A stretch of DNA of 64,000 bases from an uncultured Gemmatimonadaceae bacterium. Its GTDB lineage: Bacteria; Gemmatimonadota; Gemmatimonadetes; Gemmatimonadales; Gemmatimonadaceae. Shown piece after piece: positions 29,415-38,540 of the stretch (its first letter is position 1; every line of letters begins with the position of its first letter). The position numbers were made by a program, and so were the translations under genes. Below the pieces are notes generated by a model, which saw only the letters and a list, made by a program, of their open reading frames with translations, ran no database searches and had not been told where the DNA came from. The stretch spans positions 960,001-1,024,000 of the forward strand of contig CAWFQK010000002.1 of assembly GCA_963817955.1 (NCBI GenBank). Direction: 5' to 3'.

Positions 29415-30425
29415 GTGCCGCGCGCCCTCGTCACTGGCGCCACCGGGCTCGTTGGATCCCACGTCTGTGACCGTCTGCGGCGAGACGGATGGGCAGTTCG
29501 CGCGCTCGTCCGCGGCCCGTCGCCGTACCTGGAGTCTCTCGGTGTGGAGCTCACGCGCGGCGACGTACTGGATGCGGAAGGGTTTGCACGAGTAGCGTCA
29601 GGTGTAGACGTCATCTTCCACAATGCGGCGGCTGTAACGCCACGCGGCGGCTGGGAGGCATATCGGCGGCTCAACGTGGACGGCACGCGCAATGCCGTCG
29701 AGGCCGCGGCACAATCCTCGGCGCGCCTGGTCCAGTTGAGCAGTGTCGCGGTGTACGGACCCACGGGCCGATATCGCGCGCCGGGCGAGAAGACCGGGGA
29801 AGACACGCCACTCGGTCCTCTGCCCGAGACGGCCTATTACGCACGGTCGAAGCGCGAGTCGGAGCAGGTTGTGCTCGACGCGCACCGTGCGGGACGGATC
29901 TGGGCCACCGCGCTACGCCCCGATGTCATCTATGGTCCGCGCGATCGTCAGTTCATTCCGCGCATCGCGCGCTTTCTCGAGCTCGGATTTGCGCCCTTGA
30001 TCGCCGGAGGCCAATCGACGCTGGCGATCGTCCACGCCGCGAACGTGGCCGACGCTGTGGTTCGCGCCGCCACGCATGACGGCGCCGGCGGACGCGTATA
30101 CAACGTGGCCAACGACTTCGACCTCACGGTGCGGCAATTCCTGACGTTGGCCGCCGAGGGGCTCGACCGACGCGTACGGCTGGTGGGCATTCCGTATTCC
30201 GTGGCGAAGGTCGCCTTCGCGATCGTGATGGGGGCGAGCAAGTATCTCACCGGTGGTCGCCTGAGCGTGGTGACCAACGTGTCGCTCGACATTCTGACCC
30301 AAGACAATCCCTTCACGTCGGACCGCGCGCGCCGGGAGCTGGGCTGGAATCCTCCGATGCGGCCGGAGCAGGGCGTGCCCGAGGCCTTCCGTTGGTGGCT
30401 GACGCATCACCGGGTACGCTCATGA
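29415..30425 (+). CDS. NAD-dependent epimerase/dehydratase (extended SDR)
   Basis: TGATGLVG, SSVAVYG, YARSK. Confidence 0.9.
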   Translation: MPRALVTGATGLVGSHVCDRLRRDGWAVRALVRGPSPYLESLGVELTRGDVLDAEGFARVASGVDVIFHNAAAVTPRGGWEAYRRLNVDGTRNAVEAAAQSSARLVQLSSVAVYGPTGRYRAPGEKTGEDTPLGPLPETAYYARSKRESEQVVLDAHRAGRIWATALRPDVIYGPRDRQFIPRIARFLELGFAPLIAGGQSTLAIVHAANVADAVVRAATHDGAGGRVYNVANDFDLTVRQFLTLAAEGLDRRVRLVGIPYSVAKVAFAIVMGASKYLTGGRLSVVTNVSLDILTQDNPFTSDRARRELGWNPPMRPEQGVPEAFRWWLTHHRVRS

Positions 30426-30464
30426 GAGTTGCTTTATTAGCGAACGAGCTGACTTGCGGGTAGC

Positions 30465-30498
30465 AAAAAGAGGGCGCGACAACAGTCGCGCCCTCTTT
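30465..30498. terminator. Bidirectional intrinsic terminator between convergent genes
   Basis: AAAAAGAGGGCGCGAC-AACA-GTCGCGCCCTCTTT. Confidence 0.88.
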
Positions 30499-30517
30499 CA
30501 AACCGGAGAAACCGTGA

Positions 30518-30754
30518 TTACGGCTTCTTTGCGGCGGGCTTCTTCGCGCCCTTTTCGGCAGCCTTGGTCGTGTCAACCTTGGCGGTCGTGTCCATCTTCT
30601 TGGTGGTGTCCATCTTCATACCGGTATCCATCGCGGCCGGGGCCGGAGCGGGCGACGGAGCCATCGCCGGGGCGGCGGTGTCCTTCGCTGCGTTTTCCGA
30701 CTTCGAGCAAGCGGTGAGCGCGAGAATAGCGGCAACGTAAGCCAGGCGCTTCAT
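30518..30754 (-). CDS. Small low-complexity lipoprotein (78 aa)
   Basis: MKRLAYVAAILALTAC lipobox, RBS AGGAGA, Ala/Pro linker, MDTxxK repeats, Lys-rich tail. Confidence 0.8.
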   Translation of the reverse strand: MKRLAYVAAILALTACSKSENAAKDTAAPAMAPSPAPAPAAMDTGMKMDTTKKMDTTAKVDTTKAAEKGAKKPAAKKP

Positions 30755-30838
30755 GACATTCTCCTGAAGAGTAGGTCGAGTGGATCTTCCGCGTGGTTCG
30801 TGCACGCGATTCTAGGCGCTCGGGAGGGAGCGGCGTGT

Positions 30839-30866
30839 AAATTACGGAACTCAGGGAGCGTGTCAA
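30839..30866 (-). promoter_or_regulatory. Possible sigma-70 promoter for the small lipoprotein
   Basis: TTGACA-N16-TAATTT on the minus strand. Confidence 0.45.
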
Positions 30867-30907
30867 GGCCAAGCACGCTTCGCAACCCGCGCGACGGAGT
30901 CTGCTCC

Positions 30908-33013
30908 ATGGCCGATACCGCGGCCCACTTCCCAGAAAACATCGGCCCGCATGTGGTGCGCGGCGCCTGCCCGCACGACTGCCCCGACACGTGCGCCATG
31001 CTTGTCACGGTGGAATCGGGTCGGGCTCTGCGCGTCGCGGGCGACCCGAATCATCCGTTCACGCGCGGATTCCTCTGCGCCAAGGTCAATCGGTACGTCG
31101 AGCGCACCTATCACCCCGATCGGCTGCTCTACCCACAACGCCGCATTGGTCCCAAAGGCGCCGGACGCTTCGAGCGTATTACGTGGGCCGAGGCTCTCGA
31201 CGAGATCGCGCTGCGGCTCAACGACATACGCCAGTCACCGGAAGGCCCGCAAGCCATTCTCCCATATTCGTATGCGGGTACGGCGGGAATGATTCAGGGC
31301 TCGTCAATGGACCGTAGGTTTTTTCACCACATCGGCGCATCGCTCCTCGATCGTACCATCTGCGCAATGGCAGGCACAGTCGGCATGCGGATGACAGTGG
31401 GGGCCAACGCCGGGGCCGATCCTGAAGGGATTCCGGCGAGCGATCTTGTGCTCCTGTGGGGCACGAACACGCTCACCGCCAATCCCCACCTCTGGCCGTT
31501 CGTCCTCGAGGCACGCGAGCGGGGCGCGCGCATCATCGCCATCGATCCCATTCGAACACGGACCGCGGCGCAGTGCGACGACTGGATTGGCATCCGCCCG
31601 GGCACCGATGCTGCCCTGGCGCTCGGCATGATGCACGTCATGCTGGAGCGCGGCCTCCAGGACGACGAATACATCGCGGCGCATACGATCGGCATGGAAC
31701 AGCTTCGCGGACGGGTGGCAGAGTATCCGCCTGATCGGGTGAGCCAGATCTGCGGGATCCCGATCGAGAAGATCGTGGAGCTTGGAGAGCGGTATGGCCA
31801 TGCGCAGGCCGCATTCATTCGCGTGAACTATGGGCTGCAGCGCCATGCCGGCGGCGGCATGGCCGTACGTACGATCGCCACCCTACCCGCCCTCGCGGGA
31901 CATTGGCGACGCGTGGGCGGCGGCATCCAACTGTCGTCGAGCGCAAACTTCCAGTTCGACAAACGCGCGCTCGAGCGTCCCGACCTGTCGCCGCCCGCAC
32001 GCACGATCAACATGATCCGGCTGGGCGAGGCGCTCGCCGCGACGGATGCCGGCGTAGGCGGCCCGCCAGTGCGTGCGCTGGTGGTTTACAACTCCAACCC
32101 TGCCGCGGTGGCGCCGGACCGCAACATGGTCCTACGCGGCATGGCGCGGGACGACCTCTTCACGGTCGTGCTCGAGCATTTTCAGACCGATACGGCCGAT
32201 TACGCCGACATCCTCCTTCCGGCCACGACGCAACTCGAGCACTGGGACCTGCATCTCTCATACGGCCACCATTACGTCACGCTCAATCGCCCGTCCATCG
32301 ACCCGCTCGGCGAGGCCTTGCCGAACAGCGAGATCTTTCGACGTCTAGCGACATGTATGGGACTCGATCATCCGGCGCTGCGCGACGACGACCTGACGAT
32401 GATCAGCCAGGCACTCCCCTCCCCCAGCGAGATGCTCCAGGGCGTGACGTTGGACGTATTGCTCGAAAAGGGATGGACACGCCTGAACGTGCCGACACCC
32501 TACCTCCCGTACGCCGACGGAGGCTTTCCGACGCCTTCCGGAAAGTGTGAGTTCTACTCGGCACGCATGGCCGAGATGGGGCTCGATCCGCTGCCGTCGT
32601 TCACGCCGCCCTACGAATTTCCGGACACCGCGCCGGCACTCGCCGCGCGGTACCCGCTGACGCTCATTTCGTCGCCGGCCCACCAGTTTCTCAACTCCAC
32701 CTTTGTGAACGTCGACTCCCTGCGCCGCGACGCGCGCGAACCGGAGTGCTTACTGCACCCGGCGGACGCAGTCGCGCGTCGTATTGTTTCGGGCGCACGC
32801 GTCATCGTACACAACGACCGTGGAGCGTTTACCGCCGTGGCGCGCGTCGAAGACTCGATTCGCGCGGGCGTGGTGTGGGCGCCGTCCATCTGGTGGGGCA
32901 AGTTCGCTGCTGACGGCGCAAACGCGAACCAGACGACGTCGCAGCGCGAAACCGACCTGGGACATGGGCCGGTGTTCTACGACAACCTCGTGGAGGTTGG
33001 GCTGGCCAACTGA
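30908..33013 (+). CDS. Molybdopterin-dependent oxidoreductase with N-terminal 4Fe-4S cluster
   Basis: CPHDCPDTC..C, RFERITWAEALD, TDTADYADILLPA, C-terminal dinucleotide-binding domain (FLNST, LHPADA). Confidence 0.9.
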   Translation: MADTAAHFPENIGPHVVRGACPHDCPDTCAMLVTVESGRALRVAGDPNHPFTRGFLCAKVNRYVERTYHPDRLLYPQRRIGPKGAGRFERITWAEALDEIALRLNDIRQSPEGPQAILPYSYAGTAGMIQGSSMDRRFFHHIGASLLDRTICAMAGTVGMRMTVGANAGADPEGIPASDLVLLWGTNTLTANPHLWPFVLEARERGARIIAIDPIRTRTAAQCDDWIGIRPGTDAALALGMMHVMLERGLQDDEYIAAHTIGMEQLRGRVAEYPPDRVSQICGIPIEKIVELGERYGHAQAAFIRVNYGLQRHAGGGMAVRTIATLPALAGHWRRVGGGIQLSSSANFQFDKRALERPDLSPPARTINMIRLGEALAATDAGVGGPPVRALVVYNSNPAAVAPDRNMVLRGMARDDLFTVVLEHFQTDTADYADILLPATTQLEHWDLHLSYGHHYVTLNRPSIDPLGEALPNSEIFRRLATCMGLDHPALRDDDLTMISQALPSPSEMLQGVTLDVLLEKGWTRLNVPTPYLPYADGGFPTPSGKCEFYSARMAEMGLDPLPSFTPPYEFPDTAPALAARYPLTLISSPAHQFLNSTFVNVDSLRRDAREPECLLHPADAVARRIVSGARVIVHNDRGAFTAVARVEDSIRAGVVWAPSIWWGKFAADGANANQTTSQRETDLGHGPVFYDNLVEVGLAN

Positions 33014-33142
33014 CTCGGCAATGCCACTGGCAGGTTGCCGCCGGGGCCGCCGGCCCAAAGAACGGGATTCCCTGGCTTGCGTCCGCGCTGCTTCGGCGCC
33101 TTCATTGCATAAGGTCGACCCCGTACGCGGACCGGAGACAAC

Positions 33143-34609
33143 GTGGAGTCGCACCCTGAAACACTAGGCGCTCTCAAGCGCTCGCCGCATGGCGTTCCCG
33201 AGCGCGCATTTCGTAAGGTCAAAGACGAGATGCGCCAGAATCTTCTCGCACGGCTCTGCCGGGGCGGGCCGCTGTTCGCTGGCGTGCTCGGCTACGAAGA
33301 GACCGTCATGCCACAGATCGTCAACGCGCTCCTGTCGCGGCACAACTTCATTCTCCTCGGGTTGCGGGGACAGGCGAAGTCGCGGATCCTGCGCGCCCTG
33401 GTGACGCTGCTCGACGACACGATGCCAATCGTTGCCGGTAGCGAGATCAACGACAACCCGTTCGCGCCAATCTCGAAATACGCGCGCAATCTCATCACAG
33501 AAGCCGGCGACGACACGCCGATTGCCTGGGTGGGACGAGACAACCGATACGTCGAGAAGCTCGCCACGCCCGATGTCACCATTGCCGATCTGATCGGCGA
33601 CCTCGATCCGATTCGCGCGGCGCGCGGCGGGCATCTGCTCTCCGATGAGCTGACCATCCATTACGGCATGCTCCCGCGCGCGAACCGCGGAATCTTCGCC
33701 CTGAACGAACTGCCAGACCTCGCCGGCAAAGTGCAGGTCGGTCTGTTCAACGTCATGCAGGAAGGCGACGTGCAGATCAAGGGCTATCCGGTGCGCCTGC
33801 CGCTCGACGTGCAACTCTGCTTCACGGCGAATCCCGAGGACTATACGGCGCGCGGCAAAATCATCACGCCGCTCAAGGACCGCATCGGCAGTGAGATCGT
33901 GACGCACTATCCGGCAACCATCGATCTCGGCATGGACATCACGAAGCAGGAAGCGTGGACCGCGCGCGAGAGCCGTCCGGTGCGCGTGCCGGATTTCGTC
34001 GCCGAGGTGATCGAGCGGATCGCATTCGAGGCGCGCAACGACCGCCGCATCGACAAGCGATCTGGCGTGTCGCAGCGCATGCCGATCGCGGTCATGGAGA
34101 ACGTGGTGTCGAATGCCGAGCGTCGCGCAATCGTGACGGACGACGGCGAGATCGTGCCGCGGATCTCCGACATCTATGCCGCACTGCCGGCGATCACGGG
34201 CAAGATCGAGCTCGAGTACGAGGGGGAGCTCGTGGGCGGCCCGACGATCGCGCGCGAGCTGATTCGACGCGCCTCGGACGCGACCTTTCAAGATCACGCC
34301 GGCGGCGTGAACGTCGACGATGTGATCATGTGGTTCGACGAGGGCGGCGCGCTGCAGGTGGCGGACGAAGCGCGCGGCGACATGGCGCTCAAGGGATTCG
34401 AGATCGTTCCCGACCTGCTGCGCATCGTGCACCACACGGGGCTATCGCCGGAGCACGATGCCGGGACCTCGGTGGCGGCGTGCGAGCTCGTGCTCGAGGC
34501 ACTGGTGGCGCGCAAGAAGATTTCGCGTTCCGACAACGGCCAATACGGACGGGCCAGCCCCGAGCCACGGCGGCGGCCGAATCAGGATCTGTTCGGCGGG
34601 GGGGCGTGA
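33143..34609 (+). CDS. AAA+ ATPase, magnesium-chelatase-like family
   Basis: Variant Walker A GLRGQAKS, RANRGIFALNELPDL, TANPEDYT.RG.IITPLKDR. Confidence 0.85.
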   Translation: MESHPETLGALKRSPHGVPERAFRKVKDEMRQNLLARLCRGGPLFAGVLGYEETVMPQIVNALLSRHNFILLGLRGQAKSRILRALVTLLDDTMPIVAGSEINDNPFAPISKYARNLITEAGDDTPIAWVGRDNRYVEKLATPDVTIADLIGDLDPIRAARGGHLLSDELTIHYGMLPRANRGIFALNELPDLAGKVQVGLFNVMQEGDVQIKGYPVRLPLDVQLCFTANPEDYTARGKIITPLKDRIGSEIVTHYPATIDLGMDITKQEAWTARESRPVRVPDFVAEVIERIAFEARNDRRIDKRSGVSQRMPIAVMENVVSNAERRAIVTDDGEIVPRISDIYAALPAITGKIELEYEGELVGGPTIARELIRRASDATFQDHAGGVNVDDVIMWFDEGGALQVADEARGDMALKGFEIVPDLLRIVHHTGLSPEHDAGTSVAACELVLEALVARKKISRSDNGQYGRASPEPRRRPNQDLFGGGA

Positions 34610-35133
34610 ACCGCGCACTCTCGGTTCGGCCGGCGCAGCTCGATGATCTCGACTCGATCGTCGAGTTGCGCCTGTCGCTGCTCCTGGAATATCGCGACAA
34701 CCCGCTGTACGCCGGCCTGCGCCCGGATGCGAACGCCCGGGCCCACGATCTCTTTCGCGCTCAGATCCTGTCGCACGACGAGACGATCTTCGTGGCCGAA
34801 CGACGCCACGACATCGTCGGGGTCCTGCGCTGCGTCGACACGCCGAGCTCTCCACTGTTGCTTCCGGCGCGGTACTGCTACGTCTCGTCGGTCTACGTGC
34901 GACCGGCGGAAAGACGAAAGGGGGTACTCCATGCGCTGCTCGCTGCCGCCGAGCGCTGGTGCGAGGAGCGCGGCATCACCGAGATGCGTCTCCACAATTC
35001 CTCGACGTCGGACACGGCCGAACGTGCCTGGAGCGCGCTCGGATTCGACGTCGTCGAACACGTGCGCCGGCGCGAGTTGCCGGCGCATCGAACGACACCG
35101 CAGGTTCACGAGCACGTGGAGACACACCGATAA
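34606..35133 (+). CDS. GNAT family N-acetyltransferase
   Basis: VYVRPAERRKG motif A and W..LGF; GTGA overlap with the ATPase gives the start. Confidence 0.85.
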   Translation: MNRALSVRPAQLDDLDSIVELRLSLLLEYRDNPLYAGLRPDANARAHDLFRAQILSHDETIFVAERRHDIVGVLRCVDTPSSPLLLPARYCYVSSVYVRPAERRKGVLHALLAAAERWCEERGITEMRLHNSSTSDTAERAWSALGFDVVEHVRRRELPAHRTTPQVHEHVETHR

Positions 35134-35771
35134 TGCCGGTCATCACCATTTCGCGCATGTACGGGTCCGGCGGTTCGGAAGTGGCCGCGCGCATCGCGGC
35201 GGCACTCGGATGGTCGCTGTTCGACAACGCGATCATCGACGCCGTTGCCGAACGCTCAGGCCTGACACGCGCCGAAGTCAGCGAACAGGAAGAGCGCGTG
35301 CCGTCAATGGTTGAACGACTCGCTACGGCGTTGTCGCTTGGTTCACCGGAGATCATGCCGCCCGTTCCCAGCGGACCGCTCGAGACGACGGAAGAGCGCA
35401 TCGTCGCGATTACCAGCCGGGTGATCGACGAAGCGGTGCAAACCGGGCCTGCGGTATTCGTTGGCCGCGGCGCGCAGTGCCTGCTCGCGGAGCGAACCGA
35501 CGCCCTGCACGTGTTCTGTTACGCAGCCAAAGAGGCGCTCCAACGCTACACGATGGAGCACTTCAACCTATCCGCAGCGGAAGCGGAGCGGATGGTGCAC
35601 GACCAGAACCGGCAGCGCGAGCAATATGTGAAGCGTCACTGGAATCGGAATTGGCTTGCGTACGAGAACTACCATCTGTGTCTCAATACCGCGTGGCTCG
35701 GCATCGAGCGCTCCGCAGAGCTCGTGACGCTCGCGGCGCGGGAGCAGTTCGATCTGGCGGGAGTCCGGTGA
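35133..35771 (+). CDS. Cytidylate kinase-like family protein
   Basis: ITISRMYGSGGSEVA P-loop variant, VFVGRGA, YHLCLNT; TAATG coupling. Confidence 0.87.
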   Translation: MPVITISRMYGSGGSEVAARIAAALGWSLFDNAIIDAVAERSGLTRAEVSEQEERVPSMVERLATALSLGSPEIMPPVPSGPLETTEERIVAITSRVIDEAVQTGPAVFVGRGAQCLLAERTDALHVFCYAAKEALQRYTMEHFNLSAAEAERMVHDQNRQREQYVKRHWNRNWLAYENYHLCLNTAWLGIERSAELVTLAAREQFDLAGVR

Positions 35772-35777
35772 TTACTC

Positions 35778-35809
35778 GGGACACGAGACACGAGACACGG
35801 GACACGAGA
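35778..35809 (+). repeat. G(G/A)GACAC heptamer run
   Basis: Four units starting 7 bp after the stop codon. Confidence 0.85.
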
Positions 35810-35811
35810 TG

Positions 35812-36924
35812 CTAGTCCGCGCGTTTGAGCGCGTGGAAGCGGTGAAGCACATCGTCGGGCAGCACGAGGTTGTCTGCGATTGCGGCGACCTCGTCAGCAT
35901 CTCGCCACGCCGCCTCGAGCGTGGCCAGCTCGCCCTCGAGCGCCCGGCGCTCGCTGTCTTCATGCGTCGCCATCTCCAAGGCGAGGCGGACATCCTGCGG
36001 AAGGTTGACCACCGCGCCTTCTGGTGTAGACTTGCCGAACCGTTGGATGCGGGATGGTGAGTGATCTGCGAAGTATTTGAACAAAGCCGAAGGGTCCGGA
36101 GTTTCGCCAAGCAGGTTGACGGCGGATGACAGTTGTTCGCGCTTGGCGCCACTCGCGTTGAGCACGGGAAGCAGCTTTGCCGCCGCCCGCAGCGCTACAT
36201 CGCCGGTGAGGGTCGTGGAGATCCACTGGGGACCATTCCAGCGCGATGCCTGCAGCATCCTGCCATTCTTCAGATGCACCGGCTCCGAACGCGGCCCCTG
36301 GATCGGCACGTTCAAGGCCCAGCCGTCACTCGCCGGAACGAGCGTGACACGGTAGAGCTGGTCGAGGCGCACCGACACCGGAACGGTGAATTCCGGCACG
36401 GTGAGCGTTCGGACCCTGCGCTGCCGAAACACATTGGCCGTGGTGTTGACGACACTCGAAATTGCCGTCACACCGCTGGCGATGGTGGTGATGAGCGCAC
36501 CGCCGGCTATGAGGTGAGTAACCGGCCCGAGTACGGCGGCACCCGTGGTAGCGGCGAGTCCGAGGCCGGTATAGAGCAAGTGCTTCCGACGCCGCCGGCC
36601 GAATTGATCGCCATAGCGCCACGCTGCCATTTCAGGACGTTGCGGCGATCCGATCCGCACGAGCGTGAGCCCGTCTCCCGCACGCGCGAGCCCGATGTTC
36701 TCGGTGGACATGCGCAAGCGCGTGCTCCGAAACAACCGCTCGCACTCCTCGATTGCCTCCCAGCGCTCCTCGAGCGGCGACAGGTTCCAACGCTCGCACG
36801 TACGGCATACCACCCACAGTCGCCCATGTGCCGAATCGAACGCCAGTCGACGGCCGACTGGAAAATGTTCGACCGCCTCGTTGGCCCCGAGCGGTGAATT
36901 GCAGAAGATGCAAGTGGAGAACAT
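35812..36924 (-). CDS. Hypothetical protein with N-terminal CxxC..CxxC (zinc-ribbon-like) and a hydrophobic segment
   Basis: MFSTCIFC..VVCRTCERWNLSP; C-terminal LALEMATHEDSERRALEGEL helix; ATG 36924. Confidence 0.75.
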   Translation of the reverse strand: MFSTCIFCNSPLGANEAVEHFPVGRRLAFDSAHGRLWVVCRTCERWNLSPLEERWEAIEECERLFRSTRLRMSTENIGLARAGDGLTLVRIGSPQRPEMAAWRYGDQFGRRRRKHLLYTGLGLAATTGAAVLGPVTHLIAGGALITTIASGVTAISSVVNTTANVFRQRRVRTLTVPEFTVPVSVRLDQLYRVTLVPASDGWALNVPIQGPRSEPVHLKNGRMLQASRWNGPQWISTTLTGDVALRAAAKLLPVLNASGAKREQLSSAVNLLGETPDPSALFKYFADHSPSRIQRFGKSTPEGAVVNLPQDVRLALEMATHEDSERRALEGELATLEAAWRDADEVAAIADNLVLPDDVLHRFHALKRAD

Positions 36925-36972
36925 GGCGCGCTGAAGATAGTGCATCGGGTTGTCGAGCACGCGTGCCTTCTC

Positions 36973-37149
36973 GCACCGGTCGGCGAGGTTCGGGTGTCGA
37001 GCGGTGAGTTGTGTGCTGTGAGTATCTAAAAACGCACCACGCACAACGCACAACTGGAAACTCGAACCTCGCCGACCGGTGGGCCGACCGCTACGGAGCA
37101 GCCAGCGACATCCAGCCGGTCAACACCCCGGAGCCCCGTCCACGCTGCA
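36973..37149. repeat. Back-to-back copies of the dispersed ~110-bp element (partial on -, full on +)
   Basis: Heptamer arm plus CTCGCCGACCGG core; the full copy matches 39841-39950 and the reverse of 10840-10950. Confidence 0.85.
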
Positions 37150-37333
37150 CGGTCGCCGCTCTACCGGCTTACGAGCCAGACACCCTGGTGCTGGTGACCT
37201 TCGCAGTTCTTGCGTAGGCGCTCTAATGACCTTCTCGCGGGTTCGGGGACACGGGTCTGACGTACCTCTCTACTATCTACTAACGCCGAAACGCTCAAAA
37301 CATGTCGGTTTTGGTCAATCGGTCACATTGGCC

Positions 37334-37371
37334 CTTGCGCTGACCCCCCAATTTCGGAACTAATATATAGG
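37334..37371 (+). promoter_or_regulatory. Promoter-like motif upstream of 21-bp array 1
   Basis: CTTGCGCTG-N18-TAATATATAGG; same layout at 60151-60114 (-). Confidence 0.45.
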
Positions 37372-37400
37372 ACTACGATCATCGCGGGACGAACGGGCGG

Positions 37401-38449
37401 CGAGACGGGATCGCTCGTGCCACGCATCGAATGCGAATAGGTCGAGACGGGATCGATCCTGGCACGCTTCAAATGCGAACGGGTCGAGACGGGATCGATC
37501 GTGGTGAGATCGGATTCGAACGGGTCGAGACGGGATTCGAGCGTGTCGAGATGGGATTCGAGCGTGTCGAGCAGGGATCCTAACGCGGCGAGATGGCATT
37601 CGATCGTGCCGAGCAAGGATCGCAACGCGGCGAGATGGCATCGCAACGCCGCGAGATGGAATGCGATCGTGCCGAGCGAGCATTGCAACGCCGCGAGGTG
37701 GCATTGCAACACGCCAAGCAGGGATCCTCGCCTGCCCAGATCGGATCGCAACGGATCAAGCAGGGATCGCCGCGCGTCGAGACCGAATCGCAACGGGGCG
37801 AGCGAGGATCGCAGCGCGTCGAGACGGAATCGCAACGCCGCGAGCAAGGATCCCAGCGGGGTGAGGCAGGATCCTCGCGTGCCGAGCAGGCATTGCAACC
37901 GGCCGAGAAGGGATGCGATCGCGTCGAGATCGCATCGCCTCGCTGCGAGACGACACCCGAACGCGTCGAGACGGCACTCCAACTCGCCGAGACGTAATCG
38001 GAGCGCGTCGAGCTGAGATTCCAACGCGTCGAGACAACACTCGAGCGCGTCGAGATGGCACCCCAACTCTGCGAGACACAATCGGAGCGCGTCGAGGCGG
38101 CACCCGAGCGCGCCGAGATGGGATTCTAACTCGTCGACCGGGCACCCCATCGGGTCGAGCTGGAATCCGAACTCGTCGAGACGCAATCGGAGCACGTCGA
38201 GAGAGCACTCCAACGCGGCGAGACGGCAGTCGAGCTCATCGAGATGGAACCCTCGCGCGTCGAGATGCCACTGCAACGCGTCGAGACGCCACGCCACCTC
38301 GCTGAGGCGGCACCCCAACTCTGCGAGACGACACCCCAACGCTCCGAGACGACAGCGCAACTCTGCGAGACCACATCGCAAATCCCCGAGACGACATCGC
38401 AACTCCCCAAGACGACATCGCAACTCCCCAAGACCACACCGCAACCGCT
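37401..38449. repeat. Degenerate tandem array, 21-bp period, about 50 units
   Basis: Approximate consensus CGAGACGGCATCGCAACGCGT; 37505-38449 is exactly 45x21 bp with no indel, preceded by five units with 42-bp dimer structure. Confidence 0.95.
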
Positions 38450-38540
38450 CGAGGCGGTTGCTCCCGTTTTTCGACCCCGGCGCGTCGGGCGCCCGTCGGG
38501 GGGCAGCTCTCTTTCGGCGCCCCGTTGGCCGGGAGGCCAC

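Noticed and set aside
37401..38449. CRISPR array or TIGR-like guide array
   Set aside because: There is no constant repeat alternating with unique spacers, the period is 21 bp, and no cas or Nop-domain gene is recognisable in the window.
38244..38540. N-terminal extension of the array-associated gene (ORF track start 38244)
   Set aside because: It is translated repeat without an RBS; GGAGG precedes ATG 38541.
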